Numbered from the stretch's first letter, positions 33,276-44,669 are shown. The stretch: DNA of 64,000 nucleotides from Candidatus Margulisiibacteriota bacterium (GCA_018822365.1 JAHJKL010000061.1:13242-77241), one strand, 5' to 3'. Notes: generated by a model not told the origin, from the sequence alone. A program made the numbers and translations.

Positions 33276-33423
33276 TCTGCGGGAAGGAAAGATCGGGATC
33301 GATGATCTGGAAGAAAGCCTGAAAAAAGCCTTGGCTCATATTCAAACGTGCAAAGAGATTTTAAAAAAGCAGGAAAATAAAGCTTCAGACCTGATGAAGG
33401 AAATTGAACAGGAAATCCGGTGA
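33190..33423 (+). CDS. xseB: exodeoxyribonuclease VII small subunit
   Basis: Small helical protein (FEKSLEELEKIV-like: FESLEKIYADL). The real start is probably the ATG at 33214. It overlaps xseA. Confidence 0.7.
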   Translation: MLDQRRRKMGAKKAKYQKSFESLEKIYADLREGKIGIDDLEESLKKALAHIQTCKEILKKQENKASDLMKEIEQEIR

Positions 33424-33487
33424 AGTGGCCCGGCTTTATCGTTTTTCCTTGAATCTCAACCTCAGGTAACTTATAATAACAATTAAG

Positions 33488-34663
33488 ATGACTGCGCATA
33501 AATTCAGCGAATTACCGAACAATTCCGGCCACTTTGGGCGTTTTGGCGGCCGGTTCGCCCCCGAGACCCTGATGGGGCCGCTGGCCGCGGTCGCGGCTGC
33601 CTATCTAGCCGCCAAGCGTGATCCAGAATTCCAGCGAGAGGTAAATTATTATCTGGAAAATTATGTTGGAAGGCCAACCCCTCTTTATTTTGCCGAAAGG
33701 CTTTCCGATGAACTCGGCGGACCTAAGATCTACCTGAAGCGGGAAGATCTTTGCCACACCGGCGCCCACAAGATCAACAATACTATTGGTCAAGTCCTCC
33801 TGGCGCGGCGCATGGGAAAAAACCGGGTTATCGCCGAAACCGGCGCCGGCCAGCATGGGGTGGCGACCGCGACGGCGGCCGCTTTGTTTGGCATGGAGTG
33901 CGTTGTTTATATGGGGGAAGAGGATATCAAACGACAAGCGCTCAATGTTTTCCGGATGGAATTGCTCGGCGCCAAAGTTGTCCCGGTCCTAGCCGGGAGC
34001 AAGACCTTGAAGGATGCGGTCAACGAAGCGTTTCGCGATTGGATGGCTCATCCGACCGATACTTTCTATTGTCTCGGTTCCTGCGTCGGGCCTCATCCCT
34101 ATCCCCTGATGGTCCGCGACTTTCAGTCTGTCATTGGCCGGGAAGCCAAGGGACAACATTTCGCGCTGGAGAAAAGGGAGCCGGATTATTTAATTGCTTG
34201 TGTAGGTGGCGGATCAAACTCGATCGGACTGTTTTATCCTTTTCTTGAAGAGGAGAAGGTGAAAATTGTTGGCGTGGAAGCGGCTGGCGCTGCCCCGCTG
34301 GTTAATGGCAAGGTAGGGGTGCTGCAAGGCGCGCTGACTTATATTCTGCAAACGACAGAAGGACAAATAAAAACCACCCATTCGATTTCGGCCGGGCTCG
34401 ATTATTCAGGGGTTGGCCCGGAACACAGCTATTTGAAGGACTGTGGCCGGGTTGAATATGTGACCATTAACGATAAAGAAGCGCTGGTCGGCTTTGAATT
34501 GTTGTCAAGGACCGAAGGGATTATTCCCGCCCTTGAATCTTCTCACGCGATCGCGTATTTAGCCAAGACAGCCTCCAAACTTGACCGCTCTCAAACGGTT
34601 GTTGTCGGCCTCTCCGGCCGGGGGGACAAAGATGTGGAGCAGATAAAAACCCGCTTCAAATAA
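33488..34663 (+). CDS. trpB: tryptophan synthase beta chain
   Basis: PLP-lysine region (HTGAHKINN) and the GGGSN loop. 391 aa. Confidence 0.95.
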   Translation: MTAHKFSELPNNSGHFGRFGGRFAPETLMGPLAAVAAAYLAAKRDPEFQREVNYYLENYVGRPTPLYFAERLSDELGGPKIYLKREDLCHTGAHKINNTIGQVLLARRMGKNRVIAETGAGQHGVATATAAALFGMECVVYMGEEDIKRQALNVFRMELLGAKVVPVLAGSKTLKDAVNEAFRDWMAHPTDTFYCLGSCVGPHPYPLMVRDFQSVIGREAKGQHFALEKREPDYLIACVGGGSNSIGLFYPFLEEEKVKIVGVEAAGAAPLVNGKVGVLQGALTYILQTTEGQIKTTHSISAGLDYSGVGPEHSYLKDCGRVEYVTINDKEALVGFELLSRTEGIIPALESSHAIAYLAKTASKLDRSQTVVVGLSGRGDKDVEQIKTRFK

Positions 34664-35561
34664 ACAGCCCGCTCCCGCGGAGCGCCAGGAAAAAGTCAGC
34701 GGCAAACCTGTCTATTGACGCGTCATTTCGGAAAAAATAATCTGGCGAGAGGGCCAAATTCCCCGCAACCGGGGAAAACCTGTTGTTTGTGAATTGTTGG
34801 AAGAATTGCCAAATCCCGTTTCTAAGATCGGTCGGGAAGTATTGGGCCAGACCGGGGCGATCGCTCGGATGGCGGCTGCCAAAATAGTCGGAGTCAAGGT
34901 CTATAACGGTAAAATTGGGATCAAGTTTGCCTAATAACTCCGGGAGCTCGCTGAATAGAAGGCAGCCTAAAAAAACCATTGGGTTCGGCTGGTCATTTTT
35001 TCTGACAATGATCGTTCCGGAAGCGTTGCAATGAGAGGTCAAATCGTTCGGGTTGAAAATTACTGGAAAAATATTATGGGGCATGCCGCCAAAGGTGTAA
35101 AGGTATTCATCCATATTGTCCCTGGTCACTCCTATTGGCAGAACCCAGAAGAAACGATTAATTACCCCATTGGAAAAAAGCGGATAAACAAAATCAGCTT
35201 CCGGATACTCGATCGATAGGGCTTCCTCCTGGGTTTTGGGGACCGGTTTTTGTTTGTCAATGCCTGATAGATCATGATGAGCGTCGAAATGAAGCAAAGT
35301 TGACCCAAAAGGGATGCGATCCTGCATCGCGGCAAAAGTTGCCATCCCAAAGAACTCGCCGTGATTGGATGAAAGAAAAAAGGGACGATTTGGAAGCTTC
35401 TGACTGGCAGTGAGCTTTTCGATCGATAATTTGCCCCCACTGGTTGAAACGAGATATTTACCTGGCAAGGCAGGTTCATTGTCGCCCAGCAAAGGTATTG
35501 CAGAGGAAAAATTACGTGGCCGGATAATAGACAGCCGGGTTGGTTTGACTGATAATCGCAT
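34656..35561 (-). CDS. arginase/deacetylase-fold protein (UPF0489-like)
   Basis: Arginase-type metal-binding motifs ([22 protein letters not shown]). Convergent with trpB, overlapping it by 8 nt. Confidence 0.45.
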   Translation of the reverse strand: MRLSVKPTRLSIIRPRNFSSAIPLLGDNEPALPGKYLVSTSGGKLSIEKLTASQKLPNRPFFLSSNHGEFFGMATFAAMQDRIPFGSTLLHFDAHHDLSGIDKQKPVPKTQEEALSIEYPEADFVYPLFSNGVINRFFWVLPIGVTRDNMDEYLYTFGGMPHNIFPVIFNPNDLTSHCNASGTIIVRKNDQPNPMVFLGCLLFSELPELLGKLDPNFTVIDLDSDYFGSRHPSDRPGLAQYFPTDLRNGIWQFFQQFTNNRFSPVAGNLALSPDYFFRNDASIDRFAADFFLALRGSGLFI

Positions 35562-35620
35562 ACACTGATATCGATCCGTTGATCGATCGATTTCAGGCAG
35601 GAATATGGTATACTTTTTCT

Positions 35621-36370
35621 ATGCTTTCAGAATCATTTTTAAAAAGAAAAGCTTTAGTAGCCTACATTACCGCCGGCGATCCCAGCTTGGCAGAGACAGA
35701 GAAGTTGGTATATAGCCTGGAAAAAGCGGGGGCCGACATTATTGAATTAGGGATCCCTTTTTCCGACCCCCTGGCTGATGGGCCGGTCATTCAGGCGTCG
35801 CACCAGCGGGCGCTAAAGAACAAGGTAGATTTGCCAAAAGTATTTAAGCTGGTTGGAAAACTGCGCCGACGGACCAATGTTCCGATCTGTTTTATGCTGT
35901 CATACAATCTGGTTTTGCAGTACGGATTGGAAAAATACTACAATGATTGCCGAAATTACCAAGTTAACGGAACGATCGTTCCCGACCTTCCCCCCGAAGA
36001 AGCGGGCTTGTCTGCGGCAGGGGTCGACCAGATATTTTTAGTCGCCCCGACCAGCAGCGATGAGCGGATCCGGCTGGCGGCGGCCAAGAGTTCGGGCTTT
36101 ATTTACCTGGTTTCGGCGGCCGGGGTGACCGGCGCGCGTAAAGAGTTGTCGCAAGATCTCTCCGGCCTGGTTTCGCGGATAAGAAAGATTTCTCAGTTGC
36201 CGGTCGCGATCGGCTTCGGAATTTCTTCCGCCAAACAAGCGGCGGGAGCGGCTGGGTCTGCCGATGGGGTTATTGTCGGCTCGGCGATAGTCGGCTTGAT
36301 CGGCCAGAAGAAAAACCGGGCTGCCATCAAGCTTATCGCTTCAATGCGCAAGGCGATAGATGCTCTCTAG
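35621..36370 (+). CDS. trpA: tryptophan synthase alpha chain
   Basis: TrpA signature (AYITAGDPS...ELGIPFSDPLADGP). An extended -10 (TGGTATACT, 35605-35613) lies directly upstream. The ORF-track TTG start at 35579 is judged upstream of the real ATG. Confidence 0.9.
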   Translation: MLSESFLKRKALVAYITAGDPSLAETEKLVYSLEKAGADIIELGIPFSDPLADGPVIQASHQRALKNKVDLPKVFKLVGKLRRRTNVPICFMLSYNLVLQYGLEKYYNDCRNYQVNGTIVPDLPPEEAGLSAAGVDQIFLVAPTSSDERIRLAAAKSSGFIYLVSAAGVTGARKELSQDLSGLVSRIRKISQLPVAIGFGISSAKQAAGAAGSADGVIVGSAIVGLIGQKKNRAAIKLIASMRKAIDAL

Positions 36371-36896
36371 GCTTATTTACCGGATAAAACAATTTTATTT
36401 CGCGATGTTCGCTGTTTATACGCCAAGTGACGAGAAATTCGCATTACTATATCTCAAGCCAAAAGAAAAAAAGCTTTTTGACCAACTGCCTGATTTTGAA
36501 AAGAAGCATTCAGTTATTGTCGCGCGTAAAATGCTTGCCCTTTCCCGGCTCCATTCGGAGGTTGAACCGGGAAAACTGGCCAGGATCGGCCTGCTTCACG
36601 ATATTGGCAAAATACTGGAAAAAAACACGATCATTACTAAATCGTGGCTGGTTATTATACGTTTTTTGTTGCCGGGCCTTTACGACCGGCTGGCAGTTCT
36701 AGGTGAAAAGGATGGTCGGTTCAGAAGGTTTTACCTGCATAAGCATCATGGCGCGAAAGGGGCAGAGCTTTTGGCCCCATTACAGGTTGACGACGATCTT
36801 TTATCCGCACTGAAAAACCACGACAACGATAAATTAACTGCTTCCAATGAATCGATCGAGATCAAACTGCTAAAGCAGGCCGACAGCTCGATCTAA
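36360..36896 (+). CDS. HD-domain phosphohydrolase
   Basis: HD motif (GLLHDIGK) and downstream His/Asp residues. Confidence 0.6.
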   Translation: MLSRLIYRIKQFYFAMFAVYTPSDEKFALLYLKPKEKKLFDQLPDFEKKHSVIVARKMLALSRLHSEVEPGKLARIGLLHDIGKILEKNTIITKSWLVIIRFLLPGLYDRLAVLGEKDGRFRRFYLHKHHGAKGAELLAPLQVDDDLLSALKNHDNDKLTASNESIEIKLLKQADSSI

Positions 36897-36920
36897 ACAG
36901 CGGCAATTAGCCGAAGGCGG

Positions 36921-37343
36921 TCAGGCAGCGGGCGGATATTCGGCGGTAACAGAAGTTTTAATCCCGCCGCGGACCTTCATTTCCGCGGTTACCTTGGCGG
37001 AACGCGGATTAGCGGCGGCCACAATGTCGGCCAGGATCTTGTTCGTCAAATGTTCGTGGAAAATCCCTATATCGCGATAGGCAAAGAAATACTCTTTTAA
37101 GGATTTGAGCTCCAGGCACCTTTTATTCGGGGAATATTCAATGATGATCGTGGCAAAGTCGGGAAGGCCGGTCTTAGGGCAGACGCAAGTGAATTCGTCG
37201 GTCTCAATATGGATAGCGTATTCCCGGTCGGCGTATTGATTCTCCCAAGTGTCGATCGGTGGCAGTTTTAACTCCTTGACGTTCTTTTGCAGCCCTTCAT
37301 AATTCTTTTTCCCCATGCCTGTTTCCCTCGTTTCCCTGCCCAC
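36921..37343 (-). CDS. queF: NADPH-dependent 7-cyano-7-deazaguanine reductase
   Basis: QueF type I motifs (EFTCVCPKTGLPDFA; E..K..LELKSLKEYFF). Confidence 0.9.
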   Translation of the reverse strand: MGRETRETGMGKKNYEGLQKNVKELKLPPIDTWENQYADREYAIHIETDEFTCVCPKTGLPDFATIIIEYSPNKRCLELKSLKEYFFAYRDIGIFHEHLTNKILADIVAAANPRSAKVTAEMKVRGGIKTSVTAEYPPAA

Positions 37344-37348
37344 CTGAT

Positions 37349-38143
37349 TTACCTGCTATCCCTATGCTTGTTTATCTCGTCACGAAGCTTTTTTGCTTCC
37401 GCGCGAGGGTCGTTGGCATATAGAATGCTGCGCGAGGCGTTGATCACCGCGCGCATTCCCTGTTTATTGACCCCAAATTTAACGGCGGCCGCCAGGTCTC
37501 CCCCTTGCGCGCCGACCCCAGGGATCAGGATCGGCATGTCGCCGGCAATTTCCCTGATCTCTTTTAGCTCTTCGGCCTTGGTCGCTCCGACCACCAGTCC
37601 GCAATTATCATAATGGTTCCATTCTTTAGCGTGGCGGGCAACGGACTTGTAGAGCGGCTCTTTGTTGCCGGAGTTTTGGAAATCGCGAAAACCGGCGTTG
37701 GAGGTCAGGCAGAGGATAAAGACCCCTTTTTCCTGGTATTCGATAAATGGCTGGATCGAGTCATATCCCATATAGGGGCTGACCGTGACCGAATCGGCTT
37801 TGTAAACTTCAAAGGCGGCTTTAGCATAAGCGCTGGATGAGTGGCCAACATCTCCCCGTTTGGCGTCAAGAATGACCGGCAGGCCGGCGGCATGAATGTA
37901 ATCGATGGTTTTTAACAGAGCATTGAGCCCGGAAAGCCCATACATTTCGTAAAATGCGGAATTCGGTTTATAAGCGCAAACCAGGTCCCTGGTCGCGTCA
38001 ATAATGCTTTTGTTGAAAATGAACAAAGGGTCTTCCGATCTGATGATAGAGGGAGGGAGTTTGCTTAGGTCGAGATCAAGGCCGACGCAGAGGAGGCTGG
38101 AGTTTTCTTTGGCCGCCTGGTCAAGCTGGTCGACAAACTTCAT
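37349..38143 (-). CDS. pyrF: orotidine-5'-phosphate decarboxylase (long type)
   Basis: OMPdecase family type 2 ([16 protein letters not shown]). Confidence 0.85.
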   Translation of the reverse strand: MKFVDQLDQAAKENSSLLCVGLDLDLSKLPPSIIRSEDPLFIFNKSIIDATRDLVCAYKPNSAFYEMYGLSGLNALLKTIDYIHAAGLPVILDAKRGDVGHSSSAYAKAAFEVYKADSVTVSPYMGYDSIQPFIEYQEKGVFILCLTSNAGFRDFQNSGNKEPLYKSVARHAKEWNHYDNCGLVVGATKAEELKEIREIAGDMPILIPGVGAQGGDLAAAVKFGVNKQGMRAVINASRSILYANDPRAEAKKLRDEINKHRDSR

Positions 38144-39615
38144 GTCGGGATTTCTTCTGAGCTTCCTTCCGCCGCTTCTTCCAGTAGTCCGTCCCGCTCG
38201 GCCTTGGCCCGCTCTTTTTCGGCGATCATGTCGCCGATCGTGACTTTCTTTTCTTCAACGGCGGAGGTTTGTTGGACTTCCTTGAGCGCCTGGCGTTCCC
38301 GTTCGACCTGGACCTGTTTGACCGACAGTCCGATCCGCTGTTCGTCAGGAATGACCCGGAGGATCTTGGCATCGACAACGTCGCCGAGCTTGATCGTGGT
38401 GCCGTCAGGGTGCTTGGCTTCTTCCGGAGTGGCTACTGGTTCTTTGGAAAGTTCGGAAATGTGGATCAACCCCTCCAGGCCATGGCCGAGCTCGACGAAA
38501 GCGCCAAACTTGGCGAAGCGGAGGATCTTGACCTTGATGATCTGGCCGGACTTGAAGTGTTCGGTGGCACTGGCCCAGGGATCGGGCTGGAGCTGCCTCA
38601 TGCCGAGAGCGACCTTTTTATTTGCTTTGTCGACCCCCAGGACAAAAACCTCCACCTCGTCGCCGAGTTTAACAACTTCGGATGGATGCTTGACCCGCTT
38701 CCAGGAGAGTTCGGAGAGGTGGACCAACCCTTCGATCCCTCCAAGATCGACAAAGGCGCCAAAATTCTTGAGGCTGACCACTTTCCCTTTTCTGATTTGG
38801 CCGACCTCTAATTCATTGATCAGCTTATTGTGGTCCTCTTTTTCTTTGTCACCGGCGGCCAGCCGATGAGAAAGAATGATCTTTCCCTGGTGGCGGTTGA
38901 CTTCGATGATCTTTAAAGGGATATTTTGACCGACAAAGGATTCAAAGGTCTCTTCGGGGCGCTTGTTGACCTGGGAGGCAGGGACAAAACCACGCAAGCC
39001 GTCGCAGTCAACGACCAGCCCCCCCTTGAGGGCTTGCAGGACTTTTCCTTCAAGCAGGGTTTTGTTCCGGAACGCGTTCATTGCGATCTTCCAGTGGCGT
39101 TCATGGTCGGCCCGAGCCTTAGAGAGAATGACATACCCCTCTTTGCTTTCCAGTTTTTCAATGAAGACCTCAATGATCTCGCCGACTTTAACGACCTCGT
39201 CGACCGAAGTATATGGATGAAGCGACAGTTCACCCGGGAGAATTAAGCCGTCTGATTTATACTTGATGTCAACAAGAACGCCGGTTTGGTCGACTTTGAC
39301 CACTTTCCCTTTGACGATGTCCCCAGCTTTATATTCATTGAAAGTCGCGTCGTAACTATTGGCCGGAACGGCTGGTTTGGCCGGGGTTGGCTGCATGACT
39401 GGCGATGTTGGCGCGGCCGGAGCGACCGGTTTTGGTGGAGAGGCGCTATAAGTTGTTGCTTTAAAATCCTCCTTAACCGCGGCCTTTTCTTTGCTTTCAG
39501 CCGGAGCGGAGACCTTGCTTTCTTCCAGGGTTTGGCGGATCAGCTCTTCAACTTCAGAAAGGGCCGAGTCCCCCTTGCCGCTACTGATTTGTGTCCCTTT
39601 TAGTTCATTATCCAT
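38140..39615 (-). CDS. rpsA: 30S ribosomal protein S1
   Basis: Four to five S1 repeats after a Pro/Ala-rich N-terminal region. Confidence 0.9.
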   Translation of the reverse strand: MDNELKGTQISSGKGDSALSEVEELIRQTLEESKVSAPAESKEKAAVKEDFKATTYSASPPKPVAPAAPTSPVMQPTPAKPAVPANSYDATFNEYKAGDIVKGKVVKVDQTGVLVDIKYKSDGLILPGELSLHPYTSVDEVVKVGEIIEVFIEKLESKEGYVILSKARADHERHWKIAMNAFRNKTLLEGKVLQALKGGLVVDCDGLRGFVPASQVNKRPEETFESFVGQNIPLKIIEVNRHQGKIILSHRLAAGDKEKEDHNKLINELEVGQIRKGKVVSLKNFGAFVDLGGIEGLVHLSELSWKRVKHPSEVVKLGDEVEVFVLGVDKANKKVALGMRQLQPDPWASATEHFKSGQIIKVKILRFAKFGAFVELGHGLEGLIHISELSKEPVATPEEAKHPDGTTIKLGDVVDAKILRVIPDEQRIGLSVKQVQVERERQALKEVQQTSAVEEKKVTIGDMIAEKERAKAERDGLLEEAAEGSSEEIPT

Positions 39616-39761
39616 AATATATTTAGAATATCATAAATGGGAGGGGGGGTCAACAGCACTCCCCCGGCTGATATGGATTTCCCCTCATTTTTCTTGACAA
39701 ATCATGAATTCATTCTAAAATGTTAATGGTTCCCGGGAAAACAGCATAAGAATGGCGGAAA

Positions 39762-40184
39762 ATGATAAGAAATATTATTGAGCCGGCCTTTGGCTTCGGC
39801 TCGCATTTAATTGTTGATTGCTACGGCTGTTCCAAAGAAAAATTGGAGGATGTTCTTTTTGTCCACGATATGCTTGATACTTTTCCAGAAAAGATCGGCA
39901 TGACCAAGATCTCCGAGCCGCATGTTTTCCGGTCGACCGCCGGCGGAGAGGAAATGACCGGGGTTTCCGGGGTTGTTCTGGTCGCCGAGTCGCACATTTC
40001 GGTCCACACTTTTCCCGAGACTGGTCATGTTTTTATTGATATTTTCTCCTGCAAAGATTTTAATACCGAGTACGCCTCCCAATATTTGTCAGAGGTCTTT
40101 GTCTCCAGCCGCCACGAAGTTTCCCGCACCAGCCACGGGATAGAATTTCAGCCCCCCCGCGAGCGGGCGCTGGCGATCCACTGA
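39762..40184 (+). CDS. speH: S-adenosylmethionine decarboxylase proenzyme (class 1A)
   Basis: Self-processing site ESHISVHTFPE and conserved C-terminal core. Confidence 0.85.
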   Translation: MIRNIIEPAFGFGSHLIVDCYGCSKEKLEDVLFVHDMLDTFPEKIGMTKISEPHVFRSTAGGEEMTGVSGVVLVAESHISVHTFPETGHVFIDIFSCKDFNTEYASQYLSEVFVSSRHEVSRTSHGIEFQPPRERALAIH

Positions 40185-40188
40185 CCGC

Positions 40189-41001
40189 GTGAAATTTCTC
40201 GAGATCGAGCCGGAATATTACAATTATTCCAAGGCCAAATATGTCGTTGTCCCTTGTCCTCATGAGGCGACCACTTCTTATGGCAAAGGGGCCAGGAATG
40301 GCCCGGCAGCTATTCTCAGGGCTTCGCAGCAGCTGGAAACATTTGATGAGGAGCGGCAGTTTGAGCCTTATCAGGTCAGCCCAATATTTACGATCAAGCC
40401 GGTCTCGGCCGCAGGTTTAACGAAGAAGGTATCTTCAATATTAACTGACGGTAAAGTCCCGGTGATTTTAGGCGGGGAACATTCCCTGACCCCATTAGCC
40501 GTAAAAGCCTTTGTTGACCGCTATAGTGACCTGTCGGTCCTCTCTTTTGACGCCCATGCCGATTTGCGCGACAGTTACCTGGGGAGCAAACAAAGCCACG
40601 CTTGCGCTATTCGCCGAACTTTGGAGATGGCTCCGGTCGTTCAGGCCGGGGTCAGGAGTATTTCCAAGGAGGAATGGGACTTTGCCAAAAAGAGCGGCCA
40701 GTTGAACAGGATCCATTGGGCAGGGAAGATTAACACGAAAAAGCTGATCTCCCAGTTGAGCGGCAATCTGTATGTGACGATCGATGTCGATGTTTTTGAC
40801 CCGGCGGTCATTAGATCGACCGGCACCCCGGAGCCGGGAGGGTTGGACTGGAATGAAACGATCGATCTATTGGCCGCTATAAGCCAAAAAGTAAACATTG
40901 TTGGATTTGATCTGGTTGAGCTTTCCCCAAAAAGAGACGACCTGGCCTCTGATTTTACCGCAGCCAAACTAGTCTACAAACTGATCAGCCTGCTTTCATA
41001 A
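40189..41001 (+). CDS. speB: agmatinase (arginase family)
   Basis: Canonical motifs LGGEHS, SFDAHADLRD, TIDVDVFDPA. Confidence 0.85.
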   Translation: MKFLEIEPEYYNYSKAKYVVVPCPHEATTSYGKGARNGPAAILRASQQLETFDEERQFEPYQVSPIFTIKPVSAAGLTKKVSSILTDGKVPVILGGEHSLTPLAVKAFVDRYSDLSVLSFDAHADLRDSYLGSKQSHACAIRRTLEMAPVVQAGVRSISKEEWDFAKKSGQLNRIHWAGKINTKKLISQLSGNLYVTIDVDVFDPAVIRSTGTPEPGGLDWNETIDLLAAISQKVNIVGFDLVELSPKRDDLASDFTAAKLVYKLISLLS

Positions 41002-41062
41002 TGCCCTTCCACTACTGAAATTTATTTATTATTCGGTCGAAAGAGGACATAGGAGGCCTTTT

Positions 41063-42391
41063 ATGAACTCAGCGGTTCGTTTTCCATCGGCCAGATCATT
41101 GCATAGGCGGTTAAGGCAGCTTGAAACCCGGCAATATCGCAAAATAGCGGAGAATCAAAAACCAAGTTCGCTCTGGAAGATGATCGGGATCAATTCGCCG
41201 GAGAATTTATTTAATAATTTACCGGTCGCAGCGCATTTTCTTGGCGTTGATGGAGCTATCCTTGAGGTCAATCAACGCTGGCTGGACAACATGGGCTTTA
41301 CGCGGGCTGAAGTTATTGGCCGGCCGATCACCGATTTTGTACCGGTCGATCAGCGGGCTGAAGCAAAAGAGCGTTTTCGGGTCAAGGTGAACGGCGGAAA
41401 AGTGCAAAATCTCGCGACCAGGACCTACGTTAGAAATGACGGGAGCCAATTTTACGCGATCTCCATAGACACGGTTATACCAACATTAAGAGGGGGCAAT
41501 AAGGTTGTCCTAACGGCGGTGATCGATCTTAGTGATTACAAAAAGTCGATTTCCCGGCATTTAGAGGAAAGATATTTTCGCGATATTACTTCCGGGGTCG
41601 CCCACCGCCTTAACAACAGCTCCCCGATCATAACCCTGGCGCTCAACTTATTGGAAAAGGCAATAAAGGATAAAGAGCAATTGGGCCAGATCAGGGAAAT
41701 TAAAAAGGTTTTTAATAACTTTGAACGGCTGATCAGAGAGATGCTTCTTTATTTAAAGATGTCTTCTCAGGATAACTGGCGGGCGGAATTTGTGGTCGAA
41801 GACGCGATCAGCCAGGCGATCGATAACTGTCAGAGGCGTTACCAGGAAAAAGTAAACGTTGCGATCGCTCGTGAGTACAGTGCTGACCATGTCGTTTTTG
41901 GACGATACGATCTGATGGTTTTGGCCATTGAAAATATTATTGAGAATTCTTTTGAAGCGATCATGCAAAGGAGACAAAAATTAGAAGCGGAAGAATCAAA
42001 CAATATAATAAAAGAAAATTGGTCTGGACGGATCAAGATAGTGGTTGAGACCAGGTCGATCGACGAACGTTTCCCGGTGCGGGGCGGCACCCTTGAGCCG
42101 GGCCGCTATATTGCGATCTCGATCAGCGACAACGGGATCGGGATTGAGCTTAAAAAAGGACAAGGACATATGGCGCTTGAAAGCCTGGAAGGGATATTTG
42201 ATCCGTTCTATTCCGAAAGAGACCCCGCAAAAAAGAATGGGCTGGGGCTCTCCTGGGCGAAAAGCATGCTGGACCAGCTTAGCGGAGACGTCAGCGTGGA
42301 GAGCGAGGCAGGAAGCGGGACCACGATAAATTTGTTCATACCGGCCGATCAGCCAAACGGAAGAAACAGCCATGGATCAGGGAAAATATAA
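41063..42391 (+). CDS. PAS-domain sensor histidine kinase (orphan)
   Basis: PAS domain, then HisKA H-box (GVAHRLNN) and HATPase_c (G1/G2 boxes DNGIGI, GLGLS). No response regulator is adjacent. Confidence 0.8.
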   Translation: MNSAVRFPSARSLHRRLRQLETRQYRKIAENQKPSSLWKMIGINSPENLFNNLPVAAHFLGVDGAILEVNQRWLDNMGFTRAEVIGRPITDFVPVDQRAEAKERFRVKVNGGKVQNLATRTYVRNDGSQFYAISIDTVIPTLRGGNKVVLTAVIDLSDYKKSISRHLEERYFRDITSGVAHRLNNSSPIITLALNLLEKAIKDKEQLGQIREIKKVFNNFERLIREMLLYLKMSSQDNWRAEFVVEDAISQAIDNCQRRYQEKVNVAIAREYSADHVVFGRYDLMVLAIENIIENSFEAIMQRRQKLEAEESNNIIKENWSGRIKIVVETRSIDERFPVRGGTLEPGRYIAISISDNGIGIELKKGQGHMALESLEGIFDPFYSERDPAKKNGLGLSWAKSMLDQLSGDVSVESEAGSGTTINLFIPADQPNGRNSHGSGKI

Positions 42392-42540
42392 TCGCATTAA
42401 CGCATTTTATCAGCCCCTCCTTCCGCAGATGGAAGAATACTTTCCTTCTCCAGAGAAAGAGGTTCGAGCCTGGCTGTCGATCGTTCGCTGGTCGAGCCTC
42501 TTTGGGACCATGGCTGGGTTGGTTTATTTGTTTTTAGCTG

Positions 42541-43518
42541 TTACTGGCGGGCTAAAGTAAGCGTATTAATGACCGCGGACATTTCCTGAGGCATAGGGGC
42601 CGAGAATTCTACCCGGTTTCCACTGATTGGGTGATCAAAGGATAACCTGTAAGCGTGAAGAAGCTGGCCTCGGACCCGGAATTCTTCTTGTTTCCGTCCA
42701 TAGACAGGATCTCCAACTATCGGGTGGCCAATGTGGCTTAAATGGACCCTGATCTGGTGGGTCCGGCCGGTCAGGATCTTGACCTCAAGCAGAGAATATT
42801 TTCCCAAAACATCTTTTATCCGATAATGGCTTAACGCGGTACGCGAGCGATGGCTGCCGCTGGCCGCTAAGACCGCCATTTTCTGGCGATTAACCGGATG
42901 GCGTCCGATGTTTGCTTCAATTGTCCCCTCCATTGGTGATGGTGTCCCATGGACCAGCGCGAGATAAGTCTTTTCGATCGTCCGATCCTTGATCTGTTTG
43001 ATGAGCGAGCGATAGGCCAGGTCGGTTTTGGCGACAACGATCACTCCGGAGGTCTCTTTGTCGAGCCGGTGGACAATGCCTGGCCGCAAAGGGCCGCCTA
43101 ACGTAGCCAGTTGGCGGCAATGGGCAAGCAGGGCGTTGACCAGTGTTCCCTCATAATTACCGGGGGCGGGATGGACAACCAGTCCCTGGGGTTTATTGAT
43201 CACAATGATATCGTCATCTTCATGAATTATATCGAGTGGAATGGTTTCTGGTCTAGCGGTCGGCGGCTGTGGAGCAGAAATTTCAACGGTGATCAGGTCA
43301 CGGGGCTTGACCCTGGCGCTTGCTTTGCTCTGTTCCCCGTTTAGGCGTGCCAAACCATGGTCGATCAGTTCTTTGACCTGCGACCTGGAAAGGGCAAGCC
43401 CAGGTGAGCCCGCCAGGAACTGGTCAAGGCGTATTTGTTGAACGCTGTCTGGAACTATAAGCTCATGCCGTTCGGTCATTTTTATTGTAATACCATAAAT
43501 AGTAAAGGCTGATCCCAA
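42541..43518 (-). CDS. rluD: 23S rRNA pseudouridine synthase RluD (RluA family)
   Basis: S4 domain plus the catalytic motif HRLDKETSGV. The start is probably the internal ATG (MTERHEL). Confidence 0.9.
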   Translation of the reverse strand: MGSAFTIYGITIKMTERHELIVPDSVQQIRLDQFLAGSPGLALSRSQVKELIDHGLARLNGEQSKASARVKPRDLITVEISAPQPPTARPETIPLDIIHEDDDIIVINKPQGLVVHPAPGNYEGTLVNALLAHCRQLATLGGPLRPGIVHRLDKETSGVIVVAKTDLAYRSLIKQIKDRTIEKTYLALVHGTPSPMEGTIEANIGRHPVNRQKMAVLAASGSHRSRTALSHYRIKDVLGKYSLLEVKILTGRTHQIRVHLSHIGHPIVGDPVYGRKQEEFRVRGQLLHAYRLSFDHPISGNRVEFSAPMPQEMSAVINTLTLARQ

Positions 43519-44227
43519 AAACCGGGATAACGATCCATTGGGAAGGGGTTAAGCCAAGCCAGTGCATCGGACTATAGCGAAGGAATTCAACACCAAAACG
43601 ATATGCCGAGTAAATGGCCAGACCGGAGAAAAAAACCTGACCGGGGAATTTTTTTCTCTGGTACAGGAAGAGAAGAAAAGCAAAAGCGACAATGATAATG
43701 GCGGAAGCGTAAAGCTGGGTGGGGTGAAGGTGTCGGTCGGGAAAGTAGCTTCCAGCCAGGCAGTCGCTTGGAAAAACGATCCCCCAGGGGAGAGCGGTCG
43801 GGAGCCCGAAACAGCAGCCATTGAGAAAACAGCCCAGTCGCCCGATCGCGTAGCCAAGAGCGGTTCCCGGCGTTATAGCGTCAAAAAGCTGAAGCAACGG
43901 GATCTGCCTGGCGCGGGCAAAATAGATGACTGTTGCCAGAACAAAGATCAAGCCGCCCAAAAAGACCATGCCGCCGCGCTGGATCATGATGATCTCCAAT
44001 AGATTTCCCCGGTAAAAACCCCACTGTCCGGCGACGTAAAGGAAGCGCGCCCCGACGATAGCTGCAACGATCACATAAAGGGCCAGGTCAATAATCGTTT
44101 CACTTTTGATCCCGGCCTGTTTGGCCAGGCGCAAAGAGACGGCGATCCCGGACAGAAAGCCGAGCGCGACCATAAAACCGTATGAATAAAGGGTCAGTGA
44201 GCCTAATTTTATCAGGATCGGGTGCAT
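43463..44227 (-). CDS. lgt: prolipoprotein diacylglyceryl transferase
   Basis: Lgt signature (GARxLYV; G..LGC.LNGCCFG) on a polytopic membrane protein. Confidence 0.9.
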   Translation of the reverse strand: MHPILIKLGSLTLYSYGFMVALGFLSGIAVSLRLAKQAGIKSETIIDLALYVIVAAIVGARFLYVAGQWGFYRGNLLEIIMIQRGGMVFLGGLIFVLATVIYFARARQIPLLQLFDAITPGTALGYAIGRLGCFLNGCCFGLPTALPWGIVFPSDCLAGSYFPDRHLHPTQLYASAIIIVAFAFLLFLYQRKKFPGQVFFSGLAIYSAYRFGVEFLRYSPMHWLGLTPSQWIVIPVFGISLYYLWYYNKNDRTA

Positions 44228-44228
44228 A

Positions 44229-44669
44229 TTATTCCTCCTTATTTTGGAACAGGATCGCCAGGATTATCAGGGCCACGCCAAGATTTATCATGATGTCGGC
44301 CAGGTTAAAGACCGGCCAAACCTTAAGATCGATGTAGTCAATTACATAGTGTCGAGCAAATCGGTCAAAAAGGTTGCCTATGCTCCCGCCCAACATCAAG
44401 GCCAGGCCGGTTTGAGCCACTTTTTCATTAGCCGGAAGGCGGTAGTGAAAATAGATCATCAAGGCGACCGCGACCAATCCAATGACGGACAAGAAAGGGG
44501 ACTTCCCAGTAAGAATAGAAAAAGCGGCTCCGGTATTCCGGACATAGGTCAAGGTCAAATATGGTCCGATAATCGGGATCGATTGGCCGAGTTGAAAAGT
44601 GTTGTGGACCAGCTGTTTGACCGCCTGGTCGGCAAGGCAGACGGACGCGGCCAGCAGGTAAAAAAACAT
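44229..44669 (-). CDS. lspA: lipoprotein signal peptidase II
   Basis: LspA motifs (NTGAAFS, NLFDR, FNLADI). Start assigned to the internal MFFYLL. Confidence 0.85.
   Translation of the reverse strand: MFFYLLAASVCLADQAVKQLVHNTFQLGQSIPIIGPYLTLTYVRNTGAAFSILTGKSPFLSVIGLVAVALMIYFHYRLPANEKVAQTGLALMLGGSIGNLFDRFARHYVIDYIDLKVWPVFNLADIMINLGVALIILAILFQNKEE

Noticed and set aside
38204-39603. Multiple + strand ORFs (38204-38869, 38269-38811, 38926-39246, 39286-39603) across rpsA
   Set aside because: They are shadow ORFs opposite the S1 gene, with no RBS and no domain signatures.
39640-39700. G-run/C-run imperfect hairpin (GGGAGGGGGGG…CACTCCCCC) in the rpsA-speH divergent region
   Set aside because: The complementarity is imperfect. 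It probably reflects rpsA leader structure or promoter context and is not clearly a distinct element.
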